From assembly GCA_016210005.1 (NCBI GenBank), contig JACQVA010000127.1, forward strand, positions 835-64,834: a DNA stretch of 64,000 bases, given 5' to 3'. Within the stretch, counting starts at the first letter, position 1, and every line of letters begins with the position of its first letter. This document shows positions 1 through 10,841 of this stretch, piece after piece. Below the pieces are notes generated by a model. The model did not search any database. It saw only the letters and a list, made by a program, of their open reading frames with translations, and had not been told where the DNA came from. Source of the stretch: Deltaproteobacteria bacterium. Its GTDB lineage: Bacteria; Desulfobacterota; Binatia; HRBIN30; JACQVA1. The translations under genes and the position numbers were made by a program.

Positions 1-2498
1 TCGCGTGAGGCATGGGCGCCGTCGAGCTTGCAGACTTCCCCAGCCTCACATACGCCGTCGTTGTCGCCGCCGGCGGCCCCGTTGTCCTCGATCTTCAGGC
101 CGACTAGTTCGTTGTACTGCTCGTGGTGTTGAATGTAGTCGCCGGATATCTTCGCCCCGTTGGTAAGAATAGCGGGGTTTGCATCACCGCCGCACTCTGC
201 CCCCTGGCCGGCGGTGTTTTCCGCCCTGATGTGGCACTTACCGCAGGCGTCTTTCGATGTACTGAGGCCCATGTTGTTCCCGGACGGGTCCTTGACGTGA
301 TTCACGCCCGTGCCGTGGCAGGCCTCACACTGCACGCCAGTGAGGGACCAGGAGCTATAGAATCCGCCGTGGTTCGCCACCGGGCTCATGCCGGTGCTAG
401 CCCAGGGCTCGGTTCGGGCCGGTGAGAGATCGGTCCCCGGATCGGTGTAGCAAGAATATCCGGAGGTCGAGACGATGCCGTTGGTGTTGTGACAGATAGC
501 GCACTCGTACTTCTTGGACTGACCCGAAGAGGAGCCGTAGGTGGACCAGTCGGCCCGTTTGCTCGCGGGATCGAGAGTCGGGTCGGCCGCCAGCATGTTG
601 AACTGGGCGGCGTAGCCACCGACCAACGAGGCGGCGGACCAGACGTATCCGCTCTTGTCGTCACCGGTGCTGTCTTTGATTCCCCACCTGGCCTTCCAGC
701 CGAAGCCGCCGATCACATAGTTCACGGCGGCCCAGTCAAGCTTGCCGTCGCTGTCGCTGTCGATCTGGCTCGTTGGCACGCTGGCATCGGCATTGAGCGC
801 GGCGACGGACACGATCGTATTGTCCCCGCTGCTGGTGAGCAGAGCCGAAAGCGGGTCCGAACTGCCAGTCGGGGTTGCCCCGGCGGTCATCCTGACCTTG
901 TACGGATGCCCGGACTTGGTGAATTCGTCGTACTCCGCGGCATGGCAACCGGCGCAGGTGGTGGAGCCGACATAACCGCTGTCGATGCCCGTCACGTTGT
1001 GATAGCCGGTTGACTCCGTCTGTGCCGTCGCCTCGTCCGTCGGGCCGGCGATGACGGAACCGTAGATGTTGCTGTCGTGGCACTTACCGCAGGCGTACTT
1101 GGGCGTGATGTAGTTCTGCGCCACGTTAGTGAAGCCATTGCTTCGCACAATGCTCGATCCCGTCGGATTGATGTCGAAGATGTGGGTCTTCAGATCGCCC
1201 TTGCGGCCCCAGCCCGCCGTCGAGTAGTTGATAGCCGTCTTCGTAGCCTCGGCCATGTGACAGTCGACGCAGGTAACGGAGGCATGATCGCCATGCTTTC
1301 CGGTCGGGTTCGCCAACGCACTGGCCGCGTCCGCATCCGCCTGCGCCTTGTGACAGTCGGCGCACTGTTTTCGGATCGCACCGGGCTCCGGATTGGTGTT
1401 GTCGCCAGTGATGCCGAGGGCCGTTGCCACTGCTCCGATGACGCCCACGGCGCGCTTGTGGGGGTCGTGGCAGGTGACGCAGGTCAGCGACTGGTGGACG
1501 CCGTCCTCACTCAAGCCGTGCATCTCGTTGTACTGTTCGTGATGATTGATGAAGGGATCGGCGATCTTGGCGCCGTTGGTCAGGATGGCTGGATTCGCAT
1601 CCCCGCCGCATTCGGCACCGGTGCCGGCGGTGTTCTCCGCGCGGATGTGGCACTTGGCGCAGATCTCGACGCCGCCGGACAGCGTAAGTACGCTTTGCGT
1701 GACGGAAGCACCCGCGTCCGCGTGCCCGGTACTACCGGCGTTGCTGCCCTTGCCGTGACAGGCCTCGCACTGGACGCCGTCGAAGGTCCACTGGCTTCTG
1801 TAGCCGCCGATCTTGCAGGCTTCACCGGTCTCACAAACGGTGTCGTCGTTGCCGATGCCGTCGCCAGCGATTTCCTCGAGTTCCATGCCCGGGTTCGTCA
1901 ACAATGGCTCGGAACGGTTGGAGGTGAGGGGGTCGGTGTAACAACTGTAGCCGTAGGTAAAGATCGACCCGTTCGTCTGGTGGCAGGTGGCGCATTCGTT
2001 CTTCTTGTCCGTATTCGCGTTGTATGCGGACCAGGAGCCGTTCTCGAGGTTGTACTGGCTGGTTCCGGTCCAGACATAACCCGTCTTCACAGCGGCGGGG
2101 TCATTCACTCCCCATCGGATCTTCCAGCCGTAGCCGCCGATCGCATAGTTGATGGCCGACCAGTCGAGATTCAAACTCCCGTCGCAGACAATGAGTCCAT
2201 CGCCGCAATCCTCACCCAGCGTCAACGTGTCCAGGCCCAAGCCGGGCGGCCTCGGAAACAGGCCCGTGAGGGGGTCTGTGGGGAGGGAGCCGCCGGTGTG
2301 CCGGTACTTGTAAGGGTGGCCGGTCTTCTGGAAGCTCATCTTGTTCGTCGCCGCAGAGCCGTCATGGCAGGTCAGACACGCGGCGGTGCCCACATAGCCG
2401 CCGTCGATGCCGCTGGCATGCGCCGACGCGGCGAGGAAGACGAACAAACACGCCGCCATGTAGTGGACTGGCGACAGCTTCTTGCTCGGTTTCTTCAT
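1..2498 (-). CDS. Secreted multiheme c-type cytochrome, at least 12 CXXCH heme sites in window. Partial: the C-terminal part runs off the window start.
   Basis: The reverse-complement translation from ATG at 2498-2496 gives MKKPSKKLSPVHYMAACLFVFLAASAHA, which is a signal peptide. The GGAGAG RBS lies at 2501-2511 (RC). The frame stays open down to position 1. I counted twelve CXXCH motifs: CLTCH, CATCH, CEACH, CAKCH, CVTCH, CADCH, CVDCH, CGKCH, CAGCH, CAICH, CEACH and CGKCH. The long ORF is missing from the track because it has no in-window stop codon. Confidence 0.8.
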   Translation of the reverse strand, partial: MKKPSKKLSPVHYMAACLFVFLAASAHASGIDGGYVGTAACLTCHDGSAATNKMSFQKTGHPYKYRHTGGSLPTDPLTGLFPRPPGLGLDTLTLGEDCGDGLIVCDGSLNLDWSAINYAIGGYGWKIRWGVNDPAAVKTGYVWTGTSQYNLENGSWSAYNANTDKKNECATCHQTNGSIFTYGYSCYTDPLTSNRSEPLLTNPGMELEEIAGDGIGNDDTVCETGEACKIGGYRSQWTFDGVQCEACHGKGSNAGSTGHADAGASVTQSVLTLSGGVEICAKCHIRAENTAGTGAECGGDANPAILTNGAKIADPFINHHEQYNEMHGLSEDGVHQSLTCVTCHDPHKRAVGVIGAVATALGITGDNTNPEPGAIRKQCADCHKAQADADAASALANPTGKHGDHASVTCVDCHMAEATKTAINYSTAGWGRKGDLKTHIFDINPTGSSIVRSNGFTNVAQNYITPKYACGKCHDSNIYGSVIAGPTDEATAQTESTGYHNVTGIDSGYVGSTTCAGCHAAEYDEFTKSGHPYKVRMTAGATPTGSSDPLSALLTSSGDNTIVSVAALNADASVPTSQIDSDSDGKLDWAAVNYVIGGFGWKARWGIKDSTGDDKSGYVWSAASLVGGYAAQFNMLAADPTLDPASKRADWSTYGSSSGQSKKYECAICHNTNGIVSTSGYSCYTDPGTDLSPARTEPWASTGMSPVANHGGFYSSWSLTGVQCEACHGTGVNHVKDPSGNNMGLSTSKDACGKCHIRAENTAGQGAECGGDANPAILTNGAKISGDYIQHHEQYNELVGLKIEDNGAAGGDNDGVCEAGEVCKLDGAHASR
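108..2400 (-). repeat. Intragenic tandem duplication with a period of about 1.42 kb inside the cytochrome gene
   Basis: Nucleotides 108-243 align with 1526-1660 (for example ...cgttggt.agaa/gatggc.gg.tt.gcatc.ccgccgca...gtggcacttaccgca / gtggcacttggcgca). The protein repeats the blocks GYSCYTDP, GDANPAILTNGAKI and HHEQYNE. A further copy may lie off-window. Confidence 0.6.
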
Positions 2499-2620
2499 GA
2501 TGCCTCTCTCCTTTTCGCCTTCCTTCAGACCTCTCACAGTCGCCCGATCGGAGACTCGGACGCCATCCGATGGAGCGCTCGGGCCACAACCACCGCCGAC
2601 CTTGCCCCGCAGCGCCTCAC

Positions 2621-2637
2621 CGCAAGACACGTGCCTT
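2621..2637 (-). promoter_or_regulatory. Sigma-54 (-24/-12) promoter for the multiheme cytochrome
   Basis: The RC reads AAGGCACG-TGTC-TTGCG. Consensus is TGGCACG-N4-TTGCW, and the GG-N10-GC spacing is exact. It lies about 125 nt upstream of the cytochrome start codon. Confidence 0.55.
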
Positions 2638-2687
2638 GGCCATCGCGCAAACCGGCGTTGCGAGCACGCCGCCCGAACCGAAACGTT

Positions 2688-2705
2688 TGTCACGTAGCTG
2701 TGACA
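2688..2705. promoter_or_regulatory. Perfect palindrome TGTCAC-N6-GTGACA, a putative enhancer (UAS) for a sigma-54 activator
   Basis: A 6-6-6 inverted repeat sits about 60 nt upstream of the -24 element. Additional TGTCAC / GTGACA half-sites occur at about 2756 and 2800. Confidence 0.35.
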
Positions 2706-2788
2706 GATAAGGAGATTGAAAGAACCGCTCTCGATGCAGAACTTCGGCGCATAGCGTGTCACATCGATGAGACGGCTGAGGTTCCGAT

Positions 2789-3085
2789 TCACACCGACGT
2801 GACAGATGGCTGTGTACCGCGAAAGGCCTTGGGGTTGAGGCTGTGCTTCTTGAGCAGGCGGTACAGGGTGCCGCGAGGAAGCTGCGCCTCGCGCGCCGCA
2901 GCGGCAACGTCCCCGCAGTGGCGCTCAAGCAGGCCCGCAATAAACTCTCGTTCAAACGCAGCTAATCGCTGCATTCGCAAGGCAAAGAAGCCTCCTGGCC
3001 GTTGGCCTGAGTGGCTGGGATCATTCGCGGCTGGCGCTTGATTACCGGCAAGGGAAACATCATCGAGGATCATCGCCATACTCAC
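2789..3085 (-). CDS. Standalone Fis-type HTH DNA-binding mini-protein (98 aa), a paralog of the C-terminus of the NtrC-family activator at 5631-7019
   Basis: The mini-protein reads GGFFALRMQRLAAFEREFIAGLLERHCGDVAAAAREAQLPRGTLYRLLKKHSLNPKAFR. The activator C-terminus reads GGFFQLRAQRVMAFEKEYLAELLERWQGDVSRAAREARLPRGTLYRLLKKHDLNADDFR. Upstream there is no room for a receiver or AAA+ domain. Confidence 0.5.
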   Translation of the reverse strand: MSMAMILDDVSLAGNQAPAANDPSHSGQRPGGFFALRMQRLAAFEREFIAGLLERHCGDVAAAAREAQLPRGTLYRLLKKHSLNPKAFRGTQPSVTSV

Positions 3086-3093
3086 TTGGGCAA

Positions 3094-3112
3094 GCTTGGG
3101 TCACTTCCAAGC
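3094..3112. promoter_or_regulatory. Palindrome GCTTGG-N7-CCAAGC with flanking GCAAGC repeats, a candidate operator
   Basis: The inverted repeat lies in the divergent intergenic region between the mini-HTH gene and the response-regulator gene. GCAAGC / GCTTGG units repeat four times across 3085-3130. Confidence 0.3.
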
Positions 3113-3147
3113 CGCAAGCTCCGTGCCGAGCAGTTGCACGCGATGAC

Positions 3148-3164
3148 AGGGCACGACGGTTGCT
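3148..3164 (+). promoter_or_regulatory. Sigma-54 (-24/-12) promoter for the RR-HK-activator operon
   Basis: aGGGCACG-ACGG-TTGCT has exact consensus spacing. It lies about 95 nt upstream of the ATG at 3260. Confidence 0.55.
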
Positions 3165-3259
3165 GCCACGACGTGCAAAAGGCGCCCGACGAAGCCTGAA
3201 GGTTAGGTTGCCAGGGCGAGGGCGGGTCTATCTCCGCTCGCTCGTGACGAGAGGGAACG

Positions 3260-3652
3260 ATGGCGAAGGTGCTCGTGATTGACGACGAACCAATGATTCT
3301 CTGGCCAATCCAGCAAGTGCTGGGCGCCGCTGGCCATCAGGTCTGCGTCGCCGAGAGCGCGGCGCAAGGGTTGAGGTTGTTTCAAGAACAGCGTCCCGAC
3401 GTGATCCTTCTCGACATACGGCTGCCCGATGTAGATGGTCTAACGATCTTGCGACGGATCGTTGCTGAAGGCGGACCACGAACCGCCGTGATCATGATGA
3501 CTGCCTTCGACGACTGGGGTGCGAACCGGAGCGCGGCCATGAGTCTGGGTGCCGCCGCATACCTCGCCAAGCCCTTTGATTTCGAGAAGCTCGACACGAT
3601 AGTCCGAAAGACGCTCGCGGCGCAGCCAGGTGCGGATCGCCCAGGCCGATGA
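3260..3652 (+). CDS. Single-domain response regulator (CheY-like receiver)
   Basis: MAKVLVIDDEPMIL...ILLDIRLPDVDGL...MMTAF...AAAYLAKPF shows the receiver Asp and Lys motifs. Confidence 0.85.
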   Translation: MAKVLVIDDEPMILWPIQQVLGAAGHQVCVAESAAQGLRLFQEQRPDVILLDIRLPDVDGLTILRRIVAEGGPRTAVIMMTAFDDWGANRSAAMSLGAAAYLAKPFDFEKLDTIVRKTLAAQPGADRPGR

Positions 3653-3781
3653 CGTGACCCGGCGCACCCCCTAGTGAAGCTCGCTCTCCGCCGCGGCCCC
3701 GGGGTTTAGCATCGAGGCGCACGAGACGCGGGCACGCGGTGTCGTTCCGAGCGCGCCTGTGATAATTGGCCTGCGCGGCAG

Positions 3782-5630
3782 ATGTGGCGCCTATTCATCA
3801 AGCGTGGAGTTAGCGAGGGTGAGGCCGGCGGCATTGCCCCCGAGGCCCACTGGTTCATTTCAACCCGTTGGGCCGCCGTAGCGGTCGGGACCATCGTGTC
3901 CCTGGTGGCAGGCGCCTACGGCGTGCTGCCGCCGGACGTCTTGGCGCGCCTGCTCATTACCATCGCCGGCTCGGCAGGATTGAACATCGGCTTCGCCATC
4001 ATGGCGGGCCACGAAGCGTGCAAGCCCTACCTGCTGGCGCTCCAGATGTACGCCGATCTCGCGATCCTGACGATCCTGCTGCACCTCACCGGCGGGGTCG
4101 AGAATCCGCTGTGCTTATCGCTCCTGATCCACGTGGCCCTCGGCGGTATCCTGCTCTCACGGCGGCAATGCTACCTGGTCGCCACCGCTGCCAGCGTGAT
4201 GTTCATGCTGATGGCGTGGGGCGAATGGTCGGACCTCTTGCACCACTATTTCGTTCCTGCCTTGCCGCACGGAGAGCCGGGGTGGAAGGCCGATGCCGCG
4301 CAAAACACTTTCTATGTGGCTGGCCTCACCAGCCTGCAAACGGCACTGTTCTTCTTCGTGGCCTACATCGTCACCACTTTGGTAGAGCGCGCGCGCTTCC
4401 AAGAGCGCCGGCTCGAAGCCCTGGCGGCGCAGGCGCGGGCCGAGCGCCGACTACTGGAGCAGGCCCTCCAAACCACCGGTACAGCGCTACGAGTCAGCGG
4501 CTCGAACCTGCGCTCTCGCTGGATGAATGGCCGCTGGCAAGAATGGTTCGGCACCGGCGATTCCGGGGGCTTGCCGCTTGACCGGGGTTCGGACCGGCTC
4601 CGCAGTGGCCTCGCAACCGCGGGCGGCATGCCCGTCGCCGCCGAGATCTCGCAAGCGATTGAGTGCCGGAGCGTGGCGCCGGACGGGATTCGCGTTACTG
4701 AAGTCGTCTTGCCGTCGGGAAAAGCAGCCCCGGGCAATGCCCGCAGCGGTCGGCATGACCGCGTCTTTCGTGTCACAATCGCTCCGTTAACCAGCGGCGA
4801 CGGCCCGGCCGGTGAGTTCGTCGAGTTGGCGCAGGAGATCACCGAGCAGAAGCAGGCTGAAGCCCAAATGATGCGCGCCGCCAAGCTGGCGGCGGTGGGT
4901 GAACTGGCCGGCCATGTCGCCCACGAGGTCAACAACCCCATCGCCATCATCAGCGCCAAGGGGCGATTGCTCTTGCAAGACCACCGCGACGAGATGTCGG
5001 CCAAGACCGCGGCAGAGGTCAACAAGATCGTGGAATTTGCCGACCGCGTCGCCCGCATCGCCCAGGGGCTGCTTTCCTATTGCCGTCCGTCCGCCGCCGT
5101 TCGCACTCCGATCAGCATCCACGCGCCCATTCGTAAGGCCCTGTCGATGATCGAGGAGCGCGCAACCAGCGGCGGCGTGCGCATCGACGAGCGTTTCGGC
5201 CAGGCGAGGCCGACGATCCTCGCCAACAGCTCCGAGATGGAGGAGATCTTTCTCAACCTTTTTCTCAACGCCCTCGATGCCATGCCCGCCGGCGGCGTGC
5301 TGACCATCGCCACGGCCGGCCCGGACGACCACCGCGGTGAGCCGGCGGCTCCGGCCACACTCGCGCCGGACGGCGCCGCGGCGCCGTCCGTTAGCGTGGT
5401 CATCGAAGACACCGGCCACGGCATTGCCGAGGAGGTTCGCAACGAGATCTTCGAGCCTTTCTTCACCACCAAGGAAGCCGGACGCGGTACTGGTCTCGGC
5501 CTGGCGATCTGTCTCGGCATTGTCCGCAATCATGGCGGCACCATTGCGGTCGACAGCGAAGTTGGACGCGGCACCAGGTTCACGGTCAAGCTTCCGGCCC
5601 ACATGCCGAACGAGAGCGTGGATACGCAGT

Positions 5631-5638
<8 letters not shown>
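3782..5638 (+). CDS. Membrane sensor histidine kinase (N-terminal multi-TM domain, HisKA, HATPase_c)
   Basis: The H-box is ELAGHVAHEVNNPIAII. N/G-box motifs are LNLFLNALDAM, EDTGHGI and GTGLGLAI. The N-terminus is hydrophobic. Confidence 0.85.
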
Positions 5639-7019
<1,381 letters not shown>

Positions 7020-7073
7020 TCGCCGCCGTGCGTTCCTGGATCGCCGCGGCCACGCCCCGAAACGGCAGTTCGA

Positions 7074-8180
7074 TCACGAGCTGCTTGGCCCGGCGGCTGG
7101 CCGGCGGCGCTCGGCAATGGAGGTGGGGCCGAGCAATGTCGACGGCAGGTTGATGGTGCCGCCGATGTTGGAGTACGGATAGTGACGCGCGTTCACATGA
7201 GCGTGTACTGGCACACCCAGGCCGTCGTGAATTTCGTAGTCGAGGGAGAGCGGGCCGAGGCTGCTCAAGATCGCTTGGAGCAGATCGGCAAGCGTGTGCA
7301 GCTGCGCGGCCGGCAGATCGACTACCCGCCCGCGATAGCTCGGAAGCACGATCTCGTAACTGCGCGGGAAGATGCCGAAGGGGCAGAAGTACGACACCCA
7401 GCCGTCACGCCGTTCGAGCACGAAGCCTTCACCATCCATGAAGCGGATGATTTCATCCCACAGCCCGGGCTCGCCGGCGAGCGCCGCGGCTTCGAGCTCG
7501 ACGGCCGCGAACGGCAGGTCGGAGCCGATCACCTGGCAATGCAGGTGGGGCTGCGAGGCGCCCGAATCGCGGCCCTGGTTCTTGCGCACCAGCACCGCGT
7601 TCACCGCCGGGTTGCGATACGCCCGGCGCGCCACCACTATCGCCGCCTCGATCAGGGCACGAAACTGTTCGGGCGGCAGCATCGCGGTGTAAAGAATATC
7701 CTCATGGCCGCGCGCATCGTCGGCGAAGTGGCGCGGATCCTCGACCACAACGTACGATTCGTTGCGCCCGCCGGTGCAGCATTCCGGCAAGCGCGGCACG
7801 ATGTTGTAGAAAGCGCGAATCAGCCAATCACCCCGGGTATGGCTGGCGGCCGCGTGCGCACCGAACACCTGGCTCGGGCTCAGGCGACAGACCTCTTCCA
7901 TCGTCAAGTGCTCGTTACCGGGGCAAAACGCGCAATCGCGGCGTGCCCGTTCCAATTCCGCGCGCCGCTCGGCCTCGGCCGCCACCGAGTCCGGCGGGGC
8001 CGGTCGCAGCGCGGCTTCCTGTGCGCGGCGGATGAAACCACTGCGCTTGAGATGCACATGAGTGAAGTAGGTGATCGCGCGGGTGAAGGGATTGCGCACC
8101 CAGACGAGTTGATCGCCGTCCTTGCGGAACTCAACCGGCATGGCCGCATCCAAACTGCCAGCCCCGGCGCGCAGGTGCAA
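7074..8180 (-). CDS. GalT-like HIT-superfamily nucleotidyltransferase (galactose-1-phosphate uridylyltransferase / ADP-glucose phosphorylase-like)
   Basis: CAFCPGNE is a Zn-binding CxxC-like motif. SQPHLHCQVIG is an HxHxQ-type active site. There are two half-domains. The true start may be the internal MPVEF at about 8141. Confidence 0.5.
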   Translation of the reverse strand: MHLRAGAGSLDAAMPVEFRKDGDQLVWVRNPFTRAITYFTHVHLKRSGFIRRAQEAALRPAPPDSVAAEAERRAELERARRDCAFCPGNEHLTMEEVCRLSPSQVFGAHAAASHTRGDWLIRAFYNIVPRLPECCTGGRNESYVVVEDPRHFADDARGHEDILYTAMLPPEQFRALIEAAIVVARRAYRNPAVNAVLVRKNQGRDSGASQPHLHCQVIGSDLPFAAVELEAAALAGEPGLWDEIIRFMDGEGFVLERRDGWVSYFCPFGIFPRSYEIVLPSYRGRVVDLPAAQLHTLADLLQAILSSLGPLSLDYEIHDGLGVPVHAHVNARHYPYSNIGGTINLPSTLLGPTSIAERRRPAAGPSSS

Positions 8181-8225
8181 CCGTGTTGCACTTGTTCCCG
8201 GAAGCCGGCGCCCAGCGGGCGGCGG

Positions 8226-9908
8226 TTACGGGCTCTGGTTGCTGACAATCCAGCGGTTGCCGATGTGGGCCACGACCCACATCGGCTCGGGCACAATCCC
8301 CACCATCGACTGGCGGCCTCGTGCCAGCGGATCGGACACCAGGAAGATGCGCTCAGCGCCGTGCCAGCGGCGCTCCAGTTCAGCCCGGTCGATGAACAGC
8401 TCGCCCTGATGCGGCGCCAAGTACGGCGGCGGCACGAAGCCAGCGGGGCGCAGCACGGCCCACTTGCGGCGGGTGTAGAAGAACAAGCCGGCGCCGCTCT
8501 GGTACTCGATCGGAGCTTCGTAGACCAAGGTGTCGCCCGCGGCCGCCACGTTGTTAATGACGGCCGCCAGCGGTGCGCTCGAGTTGAACGGCGCCATCAT
8601 CGTTAGTCCTTGACGCATGATCGGCACCAGCGCGCACATCGCCACTAGCACCGGGCCGGCCGCCAACCGCGGCCGCACCGCGGCCAGCGCCAGCATGGCC
8701 ACCGCCGCGGCCGTGAAGACGTACCCGGCTAGCCGGCTCAATTCGGGCAGTCCTGTGGCCGCTTCGAGAAAATCGGCCGACGCCAACAGCGGTGGCACCA
8801 CCAGCACCATCCCGACGCCGGTGCCGATCAGCGGCAGTACGTGCGCAATCAGCAGTGCGCGTCCCAGCCCGTTATGGAAGAGCGCGCCGACCATCAGCGC
8901 GCAGGCCGGCAGCGCCGGGATGGCATAGTGCTCTAAGCGCGATCCGGCGGCCGAAAACAAGGCCATCACCGCAGCGGCCCAGCCCAGCACTAATCCGCCC
9001 GCCCATCGTCGGCTGAAATCGCCGCGGGGCCGGAGCTTAACCGCGGCCAGCGGAACAAACACCGTCCAGGGAAACAACCGTGCCGCAAACGCGGCCCAGA
9101 AATGCCAGAGTGCGATCCCCTCTGAGTCGCGGGGAATCTTGCGATCGAGGAAGAACAGCAGGTGTTGGTTGACGATGTAATCCCAGGCAAAGCCCGCGTG
9201 GCGCAGCCCCGCCACCACGTGCCACGGCACAACCAGCAGCGCGAACAGCCACCAGGCGCGTGGGTGCGACAGCGTCCGAACCAGCTCAGCACGACCGGCC
9301 GCCAACACCGCCACTACCAGCGCGCCGCCCGGCAGCAGCAGCCCGACTATACCTTTGGCCAGCAACGCCGCCGCCAACGCCACCTGCCAGCTGATCAGCG
9401 CCCAACGATCAGTGGGGCATTGCCGCAGGCGGGTACATGCCAGCAACGCCCCGGCAACGGCCGCCGTCAGTAGCAAGTCAGGGCGCACAAAGCGCGCCTC
9501 GATCAGAACGCCCGCGGTGCCCAGCCACACCGCCGCGGCATTGAGCCCAACCCACTCGTTCCACAGCGCGCAACCCAGGCGCCACATCAACCACGCCAGC
9601 ACCAGCGCACTCAACGCCCCCGGCAGGCGCGCGGCTAACTCGCTTACGCCGAAGATCTTATACGACACCCCGATCAGCCAATACGCCAGCGGCGGCTTGT
9701 TGAGGAACAGCACGCCGTCAAGCTGCGGGCTGAGCCACTCGCCGCTCTCGACCATCTCACGCGCCACCTCCGCGTATTGCGCGTCGTTGGGGTCGTCCAG
9801 CAACACCGGCTCGCCCAGCCCGCTGCCGTAAACCCACGCGGCCACCGCCAGCACAACGACTAGCAGTGCCGCCGCCGCTTTCGGTGGCGCCAGGCGCGCG
9901 GCGAACAT
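8226..9908 (-). CDS. GT-C fold glycosyltransferase (GT39/GT83 family, ArnT/PMT-like), polytopic membrane protein
   Basis: YAEVAREMVESGEWLSPQLDGVLFLNKPPLAYWL is the ArnT/PMT signature region. There are many TM segments. The start is taken at MFAARL. Confidence 0.65.
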   Translation of the reverse strand: MFAARLAPPKAAAALLVVVLAVAAWVYGSGLGEPVLLDDPNDAQYAEVAREMVESGEWLSPQLDGVLFLNKPPLAYWLIGVSYKIFGVSELAARLPGALSALVLAWLMWRLGCALWNEWVGLNAAAVWLGTAGVLIEARFVRPDLLLTAAVAGALLACTRLRQCPTDRWALISWQVALAAALLAKGIVGLLLPGGALVVAVLAAGRAELVRTLSHPRAWWLFALLVVPWHVVAGLRHAGFAWDYIVNQHLLFFLDRKIPRDSEGIALWHFWAAFAARLFPWTVFVPLAAVKLRPRGDFSRRWAGGLVLGWAAAVMALFSAAGSRLEHYAIPALPACALMVGALFHNGLGRALLIAHVLPLIGTGVGMVLVVPPLLASADFLEAATGLPELSRLAGYVFTAAAVAMLALAAVRPRLAAGPVLVAMCALVPIMRQGLTMMAPFNSSAPLAAVINNVAAAGDTLVYEAPIEYQSGAGLFFYTRRKWAVLRPAGFVPPPYLAPHQGELFIDRAELERRWHGAERIFLVSDPLARGRQSMVGIVPEPMWVVAHIGNRWIVSNQSP

Positions 9909-9930
9909 GTTGCTGCGCTTTACGCCGCTT

Positions 9931-10719
9931 TCAACCAGCGCGCAGCGCCTTGAGGCGCTCCACCAGCTGGGAGAGCACCTCACCGGCGGGTCCTGCCAGC
10001 GTGACCGTGCACAGCGACGAGATTTCGCTTTCGTAGGGATTGATTTCGATCAGGTGGCCGTGCCGCTGCCGCACCGAGAGCGGAAACTGCGCCGCCGGAT
10101 AGACCGTGGCCGAGGTGCCGGCCACCAACATGCAGTCGGCCCGTTCGCTCTCGTCAAAGCAGCGCTCGAGCACGTCGGGCGGGATCGGCTCGCCGAACGA
10201 AACGGTATCGCTCTTCATGATGCCGCCGCATTGCCGGCAGCGTGGCGGCAGCTCGGCCAACGAGACCTCTTCGAACGGCAAGCGCACCCCGCACTCGAGG
10301 CAGCGTACCAGCCGGTAGTTGCCGTGAATCTCGGCCACCTGCCGGCTGCCCGCCTGGCGGTGGAGGTCGTCCACGTTCTGCGTGATCAGGCAGCGCAACA
10401 CGCCAAGCGCTTCCAACTCGGCAAGCGCGTAATGGCCCGGGTTCGGTCTTGCCTGTTGCAGCGTCTGCCACAGCTCACCCATCGGGCCGCTCGGCCGCAG
10501 GCGCTCTTCCCACGCCTGGCGCGGATCGGCGAGAAAACGCTGGTAGCCGTTCAGCGGCGGCTCGCCGTGCTTGGTCCACAAGCCGCCCGGCCCGCGAAAC
10601 GGCGGAATGCCGCTTTCCACCGAGATCCCGGCACCGGTCAGGGCGACCGCATAGCGCGCTGCCGCAAGCAACGCCGCCGCTTGACCAATATGCGCTGCGA
10701 GTTTGTCCGCGGTCTCCAT
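9931..10719 (-). CDS. cobB: NAD-dependent protein deacylase (sirtuin, Sir2/CobB family)
   Basis: GAGISVESGIPPFRG, QNVDDLH, a CxxC...CxxC zinc ribbon (CLECG...CRQCGG) and GTSATVYPAA all match. The start is taken at METADKL. Confidence 0.8.
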   Translation of the reverse strand: METADKLAAHIGQAAALLAAARYAVALTGAGISVESGIPPFRGPGGLWTKHGEPPLNGYQRFLADPRQAWEERLRPSGPMGELWQTLQQARPNPGHYALAELEALGVLRCLITQNVDDLHRQAGSRQVAEIHGNYRLVRCLECGVRLPFEEVSLAELPPRCRQCGGIMKSDTVSFGEPIPPDVLERCFDESERADCMLVAGTSATVYPAAQFPLSVRQRHGHLIEINPYESEISSLCTVTLAGPAGEVLSQLVERLKALRAG

Positions 10720-10841
10720 CAATCCACTCCGGCGTCCCGCCGCGTTGAGCCCGGCACGGCGATGCAGTATAGGAGGCGCCGTCGGATTACTCAATGTTGC
10801 GTCACCGACGACGCGCTGGGGCTCAAGGAGGAGCGGTAACG

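Noticed and set aside
1077-3041. 654-aa plus-strand ORF spanning the 5' region
   Set aside because: It is antisense to the multiheme cytochrome gene. Its composition is low-complexity (Arg, Ala and Gly-rich), it has no motifs, and it is typical of high-GC shadow ORFs.
5337-5630. N-terminal extension of the NtrC-family ORF as given in the track
   Set aside because: The extension overlaps the kinase gene in another frame and has no receiver features. The conserved receiver start MSRERVLIVDDEE begins at the ATG at 5631 that overlaps the kinase stop.
7182-8606. 474-aa plus-strand ORF
   Set aside because: It is antisense to the GalT-like and GT-C genes.
9931-10719. Sir2 gene as a possible antiphage (Thoeris/DSR-type) effector
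   Set aside because: It has the canonical CobB-type catalytic core with an intact zinc ribbon and normal size. It has no TIR, SLOG or Argonaute partner and no mobile-element context.
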